A stretch of 64,000 nucleotides of DNA from contig JAGBKB010000002.1 in the NCBI GenBank assembly GCA_017934175.1, positions 11,060 through 75,059 of the forward strand, given 5' to 3'. This document shows positions 46,585 through 56,216 of this stretch, one piece after another. The stretch comes from Lachnospiraceae bacterium (GTDB taxonomy: Bacteria; Bacillota; Clostridia; Lachnospirales; Lachnospiraceae). Positions within the stretch are counted from its first letter, which is position 1; every line of letters begins with the position of its first letter. A model generated the notes under the pieces. The model did no database searches. It saw nothing but the letters and a program-made list of their open reading frames with translations, and was not told where the DNA came from. The position numbers and the translations under genes are program-made.

Positions 46585-47798
46585 TCATTCAATTCTCAAA
46601 TACGCTGTTCTTTCAGTTCCAAATTTTTCTTTAGTATGTATTACAAAATTACCATCACATTCATTATGTATTACATATTTAAAGATTTTGCCAATATATT
46701 TTCTTGCCTGATCCCATGGATTCTTATGAGTTGTTTTATGCTTCTCTTTGAAATAATCATAAACAGTTTGATACTCTTTTCTCCATGAACCACTATTCTC
46801 ACTTAATATGCTTGATGGAAATATTTCTTTACCAACTCCAAAATTTAATACATCTTTTTTTATTTGAGCTATCAGTTTTTTGCAGCTTCTTTTAAAGCTT
46901 CTGCTTGTGCTCCAACTAGTGTTGCAGCTGCCATAGTAGTATCTTTTAACATTGCATTTCTTTGTGCTTCTTTTATTATATTTTGATCTTGTTCTGTCAA
47001 AGATACACTACTTAATGATATGCTTGATATTTTTACACCTCTTTTTTTATACCACATATTAGATAATTCTACATTTAACAATTCTTCTAATTCTTTACAA
47101 TGATTTACTATTTCATTTGGCCTAAGTCCTTGATTTGATAATTTCCCAAATGCTGATTGCATTGCACTCATCAATTCATTTCTCATTTGATTCTTTATTG
47201 TTTCTTTGTTATAAATATTATCGACATTACCACACACATTAGTATAAAATACTATTGGATCTTTTATTTTAAATGAATACACACCATTACACCTTATAGT
47301 TACATCTATATCTAAATTCAAACTTTTATCTACAATTCTAAATGGTATAGGTGTTGCTGTTCCAAATCTATTATCAACTATTTCTTTAACATTAAAATAA
47401 TATATTCGTTGGTCCATAGGCGCATTACCACCATATCCATATCGTTCACCGACATTATTAAATGTATTTTTTACTCCAGTCCCCAAGTCACCGCTAAATA
47501 TACTTGCTGTTTTTTCGCTATCATATATATATTCACCAGGTTCACTACAAAGTTCTCTTACTTTTCATTGCTCTACAATTAGCATACACTGACCATTGTT
47601 TACAATTAAATTGCTCCCTGAAGTTATAATGTTTTCTTCAGTTTGAGTATTTGATGTTCCGTTATTTATTCGCTTTTGTCCTTTTGAAACTAAAACATCA
47701 TTATTTAAACTATCACAATAAAAATATTCTTTCCACGAATCAGCTAATGTTCCTCCAACTGCACCAGCAAATGCTTTAATTAACCCCATATTTATCAA
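46585..47798 (-). pseudogene. SPFH-domain (YdjI/virion-core-like) gene with an in-frame TGA and a 3' frameshift
   Basis: 47798-47565 and 47486-46872 are in one frame, joined by TGA (47565-47567) plus 26 sense codons (…LIVEQ*KVRELCSEPGEYIYD…). A further start-less 94-codon ORF (46869-46588, TGA stop 46587-46585) follows in another frame. Confidence 0.65.
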
Positions 47799-47806
47799 TT
47801 CTCCTT

Positions 47807-48540
47807 TTAGTCATAATATGGTGCATCACTATAACCTAATAATAGCAATTTATTATAAAATTTATCTAGTCTACTCTTAAATAATTTATTAAACCATTTT
47901 GTCTTACCAAATATTTTAATAAACTTTGGACTAACTACATAATATATTTTTATAAATAATCTGCCACTAAACTTGTTTGCCAAATCATTATCTCTAAATC
48001 TCCTAAACGTCCAAACTTGCGGGCAATTATAGGAACCATAAACAGCTGTTGCAATATAACAACCTTCATTTATTGAATTCATTTTTGTAATTAATTCATC
48101 GATATAACGTTATGAACTTCTTTTATTTGGTTCAATTCTGTAACGAAAGCATTTTTTACAGATATTGACTTGTTTAAAACCTGAAACTTTTGTTATCTTT
48201 TATAATATTCGGAATCTGTCATCGACAACATAGCCTTACCAAATGAACTAAAAAAAACTGCTTCCATATTATTTGGAGAGTTTTGTTCTACAAGATTATA
48301 ATATTTTTCTACCTCTTCCCAATCTTCTTTATCTAATGCTCTCCGTGCATTCTGTAAATATTTTTCTACAAATGCAGTATTATCAACCTTTACTGTTCCC
48401 TTTACATCTACAGTCCCTTCAACCATCATTCTTTTTGCTTCTTCGACACTATATTTAGTTCCACAGCCTTGACACACAAAGCATCCATCCTCCTTAATTA
48501 AATCATTACTACCACACATTTCACAAATAAGTTTGTTCAT
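47807..48540 (-). pseudogene. Fragmented zinc-ribbon protein with a C-terminal CYIATAVYGS-type domain
   Basis: The 115-aa N-terminal piece (CEMCG...CQGCG) and the 91-aa C-terminal piece are separated by a 110-nt stop-containing, out-of-frame gap. Confidence 0.5.
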
Positions 48541-48573
48541 TTTTAATTTCCTCCAATTATTATTTTTTATATA

Positions 48574-48708
48574 GTAAAAAAGCCACTACACCCTTCGGTA
48601 TAATGACTCTAATATTAAATATTTTTTATATTAAAAATTTGAGCTTTTATTTCAGCCCATACAAAATTACCAATTAGAAGAGATACTCTCTCTACTATAG
48701 GAAGAAAC
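48574..48708 (-). repeat. Duplicated module (intact copy): 3' end of the 60-aa gene plus terminator
   Basis: Hairpin AGTCATTATACC-GAAG-GGTGTAGTGGCT plus T-run (minus strand). (CT)4 at 48686-48693. Confidence 0.75.
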
Positions 48709-48849
48709 TTCATCTATCATTTCATTCATATCATCAATGGTATACCATTTGCCCGTACCACTTTTATGATTATTTTCATATTCCAAAAGTTTAGCATCAA
48801 TTTCTGATGTCATTTTTTCAATTGTTTCATTATTCAATACTTGTTCCAT
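48667..48849 (-). CDS. Hypothetical 60-aa protein
   Basis: GGGAGGAG RBS, and a terminator downstream. Confidence 0.5.
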   Translation of the reverse strand: MEQVLNNETIEKMTSEIDAKLLEYENNHKSGTGKWYTIDDMNEMIDEVSSYSRESISSNW

Positions 48850-49099
48850 AATGCTCCTCCCAAGTAATAAATTTAATAACTATATTATACAAAAAAACCC
48901 CATTTTATCAATGAAAAATCCAAATCTTTCATATTTTGTTTGTGTGTTAAAAAATCAACTGAGAAGTATTTTTGAAGCAATGCATATCCTATATATTTTT
49001 CGTTTGATAGCATTCCAGCAATAACCCCTTGATGCTAACGAATAGCAGGGACGCAACAACAGGGAATAACAGGGAATAACAGAGACTTCGTCCCATTTT

Positions 49100-49762
49100 T
49101 TATACATAATCAAGTATCTCTATTGCATTATCCACATAAGCAACTATCTTTTCATAATTCTTTTCTTCTTCAGTAAGTCCTTTAAACTTTGCGCCATAAT
49201 TCACACCTATAAATGATATCCCCAAGTTTATAGCGCCCCTTAAGTCATGCTCTGTGTCTCCAATCATACATATCTTATCACAATCAGTTATTTTACAATC
49301 TTCTATAGCCCATCTCATTATATCAGTTTTACTCATACCAATTTCTGCCGTTGAGCCTCTCAAAGTGTCAAAATATTTTGCTACATCTTTATTTTCAAAT
49401 AATGGTATTACACACTTCATAAGTTTATATGTAGCAAGTGCTACTTTATAACCATTCTCTTTTAGTCCTTTCAAAACATCTAACATTCCTGGAAATAAAT
49501 TTGCTTTAAGCATTTCATTCTTCATATAATAATCTCTATACATTGTTGTAAGATTATCTATCTCATCATTAGTCAAATGAGGATAATATCCTTTAAGCGA
49601 AAATACAACTGGTGGTCCGATAAATGTATTAAGTTCATCTTCCGTTAATTCTCTAAGTCCTGCAAGTTTCACTGCACCTTTTATAGAATCTAAAAGAGTC
49701 TTTGCTGTATCAAACAAAGTTCCATCTAAATCAAAGAGAATTAAATCAAATTTTTTATTCAT
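49100..49762 (-). CDS. HAD-superfamily hydrolase (phosphatase)
   Basis: 220-aa ORF with the DLDGTLFD motif I and GDTEHD motif IV. Confidence 0.85.
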   Translation of the reverse strand: MNKKFDLILFDLDGTLFDTAKTLLDSIKGAVKLAGLRELTEDELNTFIGPPVVFSLKGYYPHLTNDEIDNLTTMYRDYYMKNEMLKANLFPGMLDVLKGLKENGYKVALATYKLMKCVIPLFENKDVAKYFDTLRGSTAEIGMSKTDIMRWAIEDCKITDCDKICMIGDTEHDLRGAINLGISFIGVNYGAKFKGLTEEEKNYEKIVAYVDNAIEILDYV

Positions 49763-49794
49763 ATTTCCTCACTTTTCTTTACAAGTCCTGTAAA

Positions 49795-50808
49795 TTATTT
49801 GAGCACTAATCTAAGAATTAAATAACTAATAAGCGACAAAACAACTATTATTATTACATTTACATTACCATTAAACCTTGCAAATAACAACGGTACAACT
49901 CCAACAAAAAGTCCTATTGTTGTTACTCCAAATGCAACCCCCGGATTATTTTTTATTATACTAAGGAGCATTGCATATGTAATACTCATAGTCATTGAAA
50001 ATAACATAATGCCTATAAGTGACAAAAGCATAAATCGGTTTCCCAAAATTATAAATGGTACACATATTACTGTAGAAATAAATGCTACTTTTCTATATCC
50101 TATTGTGTCGCAAAGATATCCACCCCAGGCCTTCCCTATTCCAAGAAATAATGATAATAAAACCACATGAAAAAAGTTTTCTTTCCAAGCAAGTGGTAAA
50201 ACAAAGCCCATAAAACTTCTAACTGCTAAAACAAAAAATGCAGAGATAAAAATAATTTTTTTACTTTTATCTACATTTACAATATTTACATCTATATAAG
50301 TAACATCTTCCCTACACCACACTTTATCTGTAAATGCCAAAATACTAAGAATTATAATTATAAAAACAAATAAATAATTTATAGATATATTATTAGAAGC
50401 GAAGTATCTTCCTATAACTATTCCAATCGTTCCTCCTGATACAAAAAGTGCCGATGGAAAAATATTTTTTTTTGATACTGTCGCCACTGCTATTGCACCA
50501 CACTCGTGCAGTATCGCATTTGCAAATGAGATAAGTAAAATTGCCAATAAATAAATCACATTGTTATCAGTTTTTATCAATAGTACTGATATAGTAAAAA
50601 ATATTACTGCTATAAATCCTAAATTGATTTTTTTATTCTTATTGTGTATATCTCCAAAAATTGCCTGTGGCACAAAAGCAAAAAAATCATAAATTAGTAT
50701 TATATATGCTGACACAGAAGTTCCAAATCGTAAATATAGTAGCATATAACTTATTACTTCTATTGACAAATGAAAAATGAAAAAAATTATGCCATATATA
50801 TTATGCAT
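49795..50808 (-). CDS. MFS-like polytopic membrane protein
   Basis: 337-aa ORF with about 10 TM helices and an MFS motif-A-like loop GKAWGGYLCDTIGYRKV. Confidence 0.55.
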   Translation of the reverse strand: MHNIYGIIFFIFHLSIEVISYMLLYLRFGTSVSAYIILIYDFFAFVPQAIFGDIHNKNKKINLGFIAVIFFTISVLLIKTDNNVIYLLAILLISFANAILHECGAIAVATVSKKNIFPSALFVSGGTIGIVIGRYFASNNISINYLFVFIIIILSILAFTDKVWCREDVTYIDVNIVNVDKSKKIIFISAFFVLAVRSFMGFVLPLAWKENFFHVVLLSLFLGIGKAWGGYLCDTIGYRKVAFISTVICVPFIILGNRFMLLSLIGIMLFSMTMSITYAMLLSIIKNNPGVAFGVTTIGLFVGVVPLLFARFNGNVNVIIIVVLSLISYLILRLVLK

Positions 50809-51010
50809 TTTTAAGTTCTCTATTTATAACTCTTGTGACATTTGCTATAACTACTACTGCTACTATAACTAAAAAAGCAATAATAAATGTGGTGGGTGCA
50901 ACTTTTGATGTTTGACTTGTAGCACCACTACCTCCACCAGTTGTTTTAACTGTTGTCTCTATTGTTGGAAACTCTCTTATGGGTTCCGCTGGTAAAATAT
51001 CCAAAAACAT
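50801..51010 (-). CDS. Small protein with a C-terminal TM helix
   Basis: 69-aa ORF with a GGAGG RBS. Overlaps the downstream gene by 8 nt. Confidence 0.45.
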   Translation of the reverse strand: MFLDILPAEPIREFPTIETTVKTTGGGSGATSQTSKVAPTTFIIAFLVIVAVVVIANVTRVINRELKNA

Positions 51011-51073
51011 ACTTCCTCCTTATAAGGTACTTTATTCTTCTAAAAATATAATGTGAATTTATCGTTACTAACA

Positions 51074-51496
51074 CTATCCTCTCATCGCAACTTTAAGTAA
51101 AATCGTTCCTAATGTAAATGATAAAACATTTGCAAAAATTGTTGTAAAGATAACTTTTGCATACATTTGCTTTTTTATAGTATTTACACTACTTGCACTT
51201 ATATTTTTATCATTTATAATTTTTTTATCAGTATATATGCAGTAAAGATATATTTCTACTATGCATATTATTATCTCTAATACTATAATTATCTGCCATC
51301 TATCCATAAGTAAATTATTTTCTATGTTTAAAATGTCATAAATTAAGAGTATGACATTTGCCACTACATTGGTCAAAACATTCACTGCTATAAAATAATT
51401 ATTTGAAATCTGCAAAAAAATTACTATTGGGATATATTCTATCACAATAGTAATTATTAAGCAAATCAACAATAATTTTATAATTAAATAAAGCAC
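51074..51496 (-). CDS. Hypothetical membrane protein
   Basis: 140-aa hydrophobic ORF with a GTG start directly after the upstream stop. Confidence 0.45.
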   Translation of the reverse strand: MLYLIIKLLLICLIITIVIEYIPIVIFLQISNNYFIAVNVLTNVVANVILLIYDILNIENNLLMDRWQIIIVLEIIICIVEIYLYCIYTDKKIINDKNISASSVNTIKKQMYAKVIFTTIFANVLSFTLGTILLKVAMRG

Positions 51497-52126
51497 TTAT
51501 ATCACATGATAATATATAGGTATTGCTGTGAAAGCAATGAGTAGTGCCGTACATATAATCATAAATACTTTTCTTCCAGTAGGAATCTTACTTAAAACTC
51601 CTGAATTTATACATTTAACTCCAAGTATAGCATAAAAAATCACTGGTATAAGCAAAAGTCCTATTGTAAATAAACCATCATATCCATATCTTGAACTTAC
51701 ATGGTATTCAAGTAATATTTCAAGTATACCTATTATCATTATGCATATAAACCATATAATTAATCCAACTGCAATTGTTATGGATGCACTGGTTGCAATT
51801 TGCGTTACAGCCTCATATCCAATACCACCAAGTGATGACAATGCAATAGACAAGATAACCACTCCTGCTGTAAGTATTGCAATAAATGCAATTATAAATG
51901 GAATTAAATGAAAATAGAAATAATTCTTATTCCAAAATATTTTAAACTTAGTATATAAATTATAAAATGGTATAATTAAATACCAGCACTTCGCATCATT
52001 ATCTTCATATACAAGACACATAGAAATGAAAACAATAATTGAAGCAACCATTGCAACAATAAAATATCCTCTTTGTATGCTTGCCACATATGGTGGCACC
52101 ACAATATTATTAATTCCGGTTGGCAT
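51497..52126 (-). CDS. Hypothetical membrane protein
   Basis: 209-aa ORF with about 5 TM helices. AGGAGGAA RBS. Confidence 0.55.
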   Translation of the reverse strand: MPTGINNIVVPPYVASIQRGYFIVAMVASIIVFISMCLVYEDNDAKCWYLIIPFYNLYTKFKIFWNKNYFYFHLIPFIIAFIAILTAGVVILSIALSSLGGIGYEAVTQIATSASITIAVGLIIWFICIMIIGILEILLEYHVSSRYGYDGLFTIGLLLIPVIFYAILGVKCINSGVLSKIPTGRKVFMIICTALLIAFTAIPIYYHVI

Positions 52127-52186
52127 AACATTCCTCCTAATTTTTTATGATTATTATACCATTATATAAAGTTATTTTCAATCATT

Positions 52187-52675
52187 TTATGATTTTACAT
52201 AGTGTCCTGACTTGCCACCATCTTTCTCAATAAGATTTATATCTTTTATAACCATTGTCTTGTCTATAGCCTTAACCATATCGTAAACTGTAAGAAGTGC
52301 AACTGATACACCAGTTAATGCCTCCATCTCAACACCTGTTTTCCCTTCACACTTCACTGTGCAAATACATTTGATTTCGTATAATCCTTCTTCATTTGCA
52401 GTGTCATTTATCTCCCACTCTATTTTTGCATTTGTAATATTTAAAATATGGCACATAGGTATTATTTCAAAATTCTTTTTGACCCCCATTATGCCTGCTG
52501 TCGTTGCTACTGTAAGCACATCTCCCTTTTTTATCTCTTTATTTTTTATAGCATCATATACATTTTTACAAACAACTATTTTCCCTTCTGCAACAGCGAT
52601 TCTTTTCGTAACTTCTTTTTCACCTACATCTACCATTCTGGCATTCCCATTTTCATCAAAATGTGTTAATTCCAT
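52187..52675 (-). CDS. moaC: Cyclic pyranopterin monophosphate synthase MoaC
   Basis: 162-aa ORF with LTHFDENGNARMVDV and typical MoaC sequence. Confidence 0.9.
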   Translation of the reverse strand: MELTHFDENGNARMVDVGEKEVTKRIAVAEGKIVVCKNVYDAIKNKEIKKGDVLTVATTAGIMGVKKNFEIIPMCHILNITNAKIEWEINDTANEEGLYEIKCICTVKCEGKTGVEMEALTGVSVALLTVYDMVKAIDKTMVIKDINLIEKDGGKSGHYVKS

Positions 52676-52684
52676 ATTTTCCTC

Positions 52685-53251
52685 CTAATCTTTTTTTAGT
52701 TTTCCTTCTTTGAAATGTTTTCTACATAGTGCCACATATCTATCATTTGCTCCAAGTTCAACTTGCTCTCCTTCACGAACAATTCCATTTTCATTGTATC
52801 TTGCATTGCAAGTTGCTTTTCTTCCGCACCAACACACTGTCTTAAGTTCTGTAATCACATCTGCTATAGCAAGAAGCCTTTCTGAACCTGGAAATAATTC
52901 ATTTCTAAAATCAGCACGAAGCCCATAACAAACGACTGGCACATCATATATGTCAACTATATCAGATAAAAAATCTACCTGTTCTTTAGTTGCAAACTGA
53001 ACTTCATCTACAATCACACAGTCATACTTCTGTATTTCTTCCTTTGACATTTTCATAAGGTCTTCAACAAAAATAGATTCATACTCAAGTCCTATACGAC
53101 TATGCACTTTGTCATTTCCAAATCGTATATCAATTTTTGGTTTACAAAGAAGTGCCTTTTGCCCCACTTCCTCATAATTAAATCTTGTCATAAGTGCATT
53201 TGCAGTCTTACTTGACCCCATCGCACCATAATAAAAATATAATTTCGCCAT
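52685..53251 (-). CDS. tdk: Thymidine kinase
   Basis: 188-aa ORF with P-loop GAMGSSKT and a C-terminal zinc motif (CWCG...LCRKH). Confidence 0.92.
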   Translation of the reverse strand: MAKLYFYYGAMGSSKTANALMTRFNYEEVGQKALLCKPKIDIRFGNDKVHSRIGLEYESIFVEDLMKMSKEEIQKYDCVIVDEVQFATKEQVDFLSDIVDIYDVPVVCYGLRADFRNELFPGSERLLAIADVITELKTVCWCGRKATCNARYNENGIVREGEQVELGANDRYVALCRKHFKEGKLKKD

Positions 53252-53259
53252 ATCCCCTC

Positions 53260-53823
53260 CTACACACTGATAACTAAATCACTAATATCTTTTATTTTCA
53301 ACTCTTGAAAATATCTATTTTCAAATGGCACCCACATAGATAAAAATTTATCAACAACTTTTGGATTTCTTTTTGTTAATCTCTTTATTTGCTCATCTTT
53401 ATCTATATCTACAAATATTTTTGCATTTACATACTTATCAAGTAGTGGATTAGAAGTATATGAACCTTCTATAATAAGTATCTTGTCTAAGTCTATAGGT
53501 ATCTCCTGCAAATATTTATCGCTATGACAATCATAAGAAACATAATTAGTTTTCACTCTTTCTTTATATGGCTTTAATACATTTTCTATAAGTCGTTCAT
53601 AATCCATATGTGAAGCAGTAATGTTCATCCAGTTTTTGTCTCTTTTATCAAATGGCAAATAAAAATCATCCATATGCAAAATGTTAAATCCAAGTTCTTT
53701 TTCTATTATATCAGCGATTGTAGTTTTGCCACCACCACATGGTCCATCAATAGATATAATAATTTGCCCAACAAGATTTTTATCTTTTATTAGTTTTTTA
53801 ATTTTTTCAACATTCTCATTCAT
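53260..53823 (-). CDS. Uridine-kinase-like P-loop NTPase
   Basis: 187-aa ORF with P-loop GPCGGGKTT and HMDDFYLP. Confidence 0.65.
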   Translation of the reverse strand: MNENVEKIKKLIKDKNLVGQIIISIDGPCGGGKTTIADIIEKELGFNILHMDDFYLPFDKRDKNWMNITASHMDYERLIENVLKPYKERVKTNYVSYDCHSDKYLQEIPIDLDKILIIEGSYTSNPLLDKYVNAKIFVDIDKDEQIKRLTKRNPKVVDKFLSMWVPFENRYFQELKIKDISDLVISV

Positions 53824-54013
53824 TTATCAACATTTCCTTTTTAAAACAATGTTTTAGAAGTTATTTTATAAAAATAGTTTTTTCAATTCTTATTTTATTG
53901 ATTTTCTCTTAAATAATATATCAAATACTATACTTATATGTCAATTCTATTACCCAAAATTTCGTTTAAATTCAGTAACTTTGCTATTTTCTTATTTATT
54001 TTTTCATAATTTC

Positions 54014-54042
54014 TTAACAAATATATTATAATGTGATATAAT
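54014..54042 (+). promoter_or_regulatory. tupA-like gene promoter
   Basis: TTAACA(54014-54019)-17 nt-TGaTATAAT(54034-54042). Confidence 0.5.
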
Positions 54043-54072
54043 ATACCATATATTAAATTCTTGGGAGGAAAT

Positions 54073-55107
54073 ATGTTTAAAAAAGTTATAGCAAATTTAT
54101 TATTTGCTACTATGGTATTAAGTTTATTTGCATGTAGCAGCAATGCTACTACTCAAAGCACAACTGCTGCTACAACAGTTTCAGAAACAACTATTGCTGA
54201 AACTACAACTGAAACAAAACCAAATGAATTAACTCTTGACATCTTAATGGAGCAAGATGACTCAATGAGAAACATCTATACACTTCTTGCAGTAAATGAC
54301 CAAGCACCATTTGCTGATGTAGATGGAAATGCTATCAAAGATGTTAAAATCAACACAAAGGGTGCTGATGCATTTATCAACTGGCTTCTTGGAGAAGGTG
54401 CAGATATTGCAGACAATTATAAATACGATGAGTATAAGATGCATCTATTCAACAAACTCGATGGTGCACCAAAACCAGCATCAACTATTGAACCAGCCAC
54501 AGATGAAACAAGAGTTATAAGGTTATCTACTACTACATCTGTTAACGACACTGGACTTCTTGCTGAGTGGCAAAAGAAATTTAAAGAAGAATATGGCTAC
54601 GAGATAGAAGTATATTCTGCAGGAACTGGAAAGTCAATCGCTAATTCTAAACTCGGAAATGCTGACCTTATATTAGTTCATGCAAAGGCTCAAGAAGATA
54701 AATTTGTTGAAGAAGGTTTTGCAAGAAAAGTTGATGGATTTGACCAAGAGAGATTATCATTCTTGTATAATTATTTTGTACTTTGCGGACCAAAAGATGA
54801 CCCAGCACATGTAAGAGAGGCTGCTACAGTTCAAGATGCATTTAAGGCTATAGCAGATGGTAAATTCCTATTTGTATCTCGTGGTGATAATTCAGGAACT
54901 CATTCAAAAGAACTTAGTTTATGGCCAAAAGAACTTGGAATAACTATTGAGCCATCATCATTTGAAAAATATAGCGACTGGTATATTTCATCAAATGCAG
55001 GAATGGGAATTTGCTTAACTCAAGCAGCAGAAAAAGGTGCATATATCTTATCTGATAAGGCTACCATGTCAGCATTTATTGCTGGTGGTGGAGTCATTAA
55101 AAAATAA
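54073..55107 (+). CDS. tupA: Tungstate/molybdate-type substrate-binding lipoprotein (TupA-like)
   Basis: The track start (54061) is TTG. GGGAGG-5 nt-ATG at 54073 is preferred. Lipobox LFACSS. Motifs STTTSVNDTGLL, GTGKSI and FVSRGDNSGTH are typical of TupA. Confidence 0.75.
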   Translation: MFKKVIANLLFATMVLSLFACSSNATTQSTTAATTVSETTIAETTTETKPNELTLDILMEQDDSMRNIYTLLAVNDQAPFADVDGNAIKDVKINTKGADAFINWLLGEGADIADNYKYDEYKMHLFNKLDGAPKPASTIEPATDETRVIRLSTTTSVNDTGLLAEWQKKFKEEYGYEIEVYSAGTGKSIANSKLGNADLILVHAKAQEDKFVEEGFARKVDGFDQERLSFLYNYFVLCGPKDDPAHVREAATVQDAFKAIADGKFLFVSRGDNSGTHSKELSLWPKELGITIEPSSFEKYSDWYISSNAGMGICLTQAAEKGAYILSDKATMSAFIAGGGVIKK

Positions 55108-55130
55108 TTTTTATAAACATTTTAATACCA

Positions 55131-55161
55131 AAAAAAAACATCTCTTAGGAGATGTTTTTTT
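55131..55161. terminator. Bidirectional intrinsic terminator
   Basis: A9-ACATCTC-TTAG-GAGATGT-T7. Confidence 0.8.
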
Positions 55162-55164
55162 GGT

Positions 55165-55431
55165 GTGGCAGTCATACCAATTTGAGTTGCCGTGTTAAAA
55201 TATTCTAATATCTTTCTCCAATTACTGTCTTTTTTTGCAGACCCCCTATGACACTCATCAACTATTATTAAATCAAAATAATTTGGTTTAAATAGTGCTG
55301 AAAGTTTTGAAACAATATCATTTTCTCCATCATCATTTTCTATCTCTTCATCTCCAACAAGTTGCTGGTGTGATAAAATTATATTTTATATCTTCTTCTG
55401 ACATTTCTTTTTTATTAAGTATAGTATCCAT
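55165..55431 (-). pseudogene. Remnants of a restriction-enzyme helicase subunit (HsdR/Res-like)
   Basis: The minus strand gives [23 protein letters not shown]... and, out of frame, ...[39 protein letters not shown] (helicase motifs II and III). Only about 270 nt is left. Confidence 0.6.
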
Positions 55432-55451
55432 ATTTTTATTATACCACTTTA

Positions 55452-56216
55452 TTATAATATTTTGTAAAATTTATTATTTTCATCTATTTTATAACTTGAA
55501 ACATTTAAAAAGTTTTTTACATATTCATTTTCTTCATTCTTAAAAATATCTATTGGCTTTCCTATTGCGAGTATTTTACCACTATGCATAATCATTATTC
55601 TATCTGCTATTGATATTGCTTCTTCTATATCGTGAGTTACAAATACCATAGTTATGTTAAGTTTCTCTTGTATAGATTTTATTTCTTTTCTCATCTTTAT
55701 TCTTAAATTAAAATCAAGATTAGATAATGGCTCATCAAGTAGACAAACTTTTGGATTTACTATAAGAGCCCTCGCAAGTGCAACCCTTTGTTTTTGTCCA
55801 CCACTTATAGATTCTACATTTTTATCTGCGATTTCTGAAAGCGAAACTATATCTAAAAACTTTTTACCTTCTTCAACACGCATTCTTTTGTTTATCCCTC
55901 TTATTTTTAAACCATAAGTTACATTCTCAATCACTGTCATATTAGGGAAAAGTCCATACGACTGAAACACTGTGCTCGTAGGTCTATCACTTGGAGGTAG
56001 ATTTGATATGTCTTCATCATCAATAAATATTTTACCACTGTCTATATCTATAAACCCACCTATAGCATTAAGTGTAGTTGTTTTTCCACAACCTGATTCA
56101 CCAAGTATACATAAAAGTTCGCCCTTTTTCACTGCAAATGAAATATCATTTATGACAAGATTCTTGCCATAAGAAACTTTTAAGTTTTTTACATCTAAAT
56201 AACTATTATACAACAT
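55452..56216 (-). CDS. ABC transporter ATP-binding protein (Fe3+/polyamine type)
   Basis: Walker A GESGCGKTT, signature ISGGQKQR, Walker B LLDEP. Confidence 0.88.
   Translation of the reverse strand: MLYNSYLDVKNLKVSYGKNLVINDISFAVKKGELLCILGESGCGKTTTLNAIGGFIDIDSGKIFIDDEDISNLPPSDRPTSTVFQSYGLFPNMTVIENVTYGLKIRGINKRMRVEEGKKFLDIVSLSEIADKNVESISGGQKQRVALARALIVNPKVCLLDEPLSNLDFNLRIKMRKEIKSIQEKLNITMVFVTHDIEEAISIADRIMIMHSGKILAIGKPIDIFKNEENEYVKNFLNVSSYKIDENNKFYKIL

Noticed and set aside
47565-47567. TGA recoded as Gly or Trp (genetic code 25 or 4), suggested by the in-frame TGA at a probable Gly position in the SPFH gene.
   Set aside because: No conserved gene in the window contains an in-frame TGA, and Trp is encoded by TGG throughout. 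The same gene carries a second lesion (a frameshift) and sits among other pseudogenes. A GGA to TGA point mutation is the simpler explanation.
53824-54072. Moco riboswitch upstream of the tupA-like gene, and TPP riboswitch upstream of hydG.
   Set aside because: The tupA upstream region is uniformly AT-rich with a promoter only about 30 nt from the ATG, leaving no room for the ~130-nt Moco motif. The hydG leader lacks the CTGAGA / ACCTGATCTGGATAATGCCAGC-type TPP core.
53934-54143. A 69-aa minus-strand ORF overlapping the tupA promoter and start.
   Set aside because: It has low-complexity Ile/Asn/Leu-rich sequence and no RBS, and it overlaps a better-supported promoter and CDS on the plus strand.
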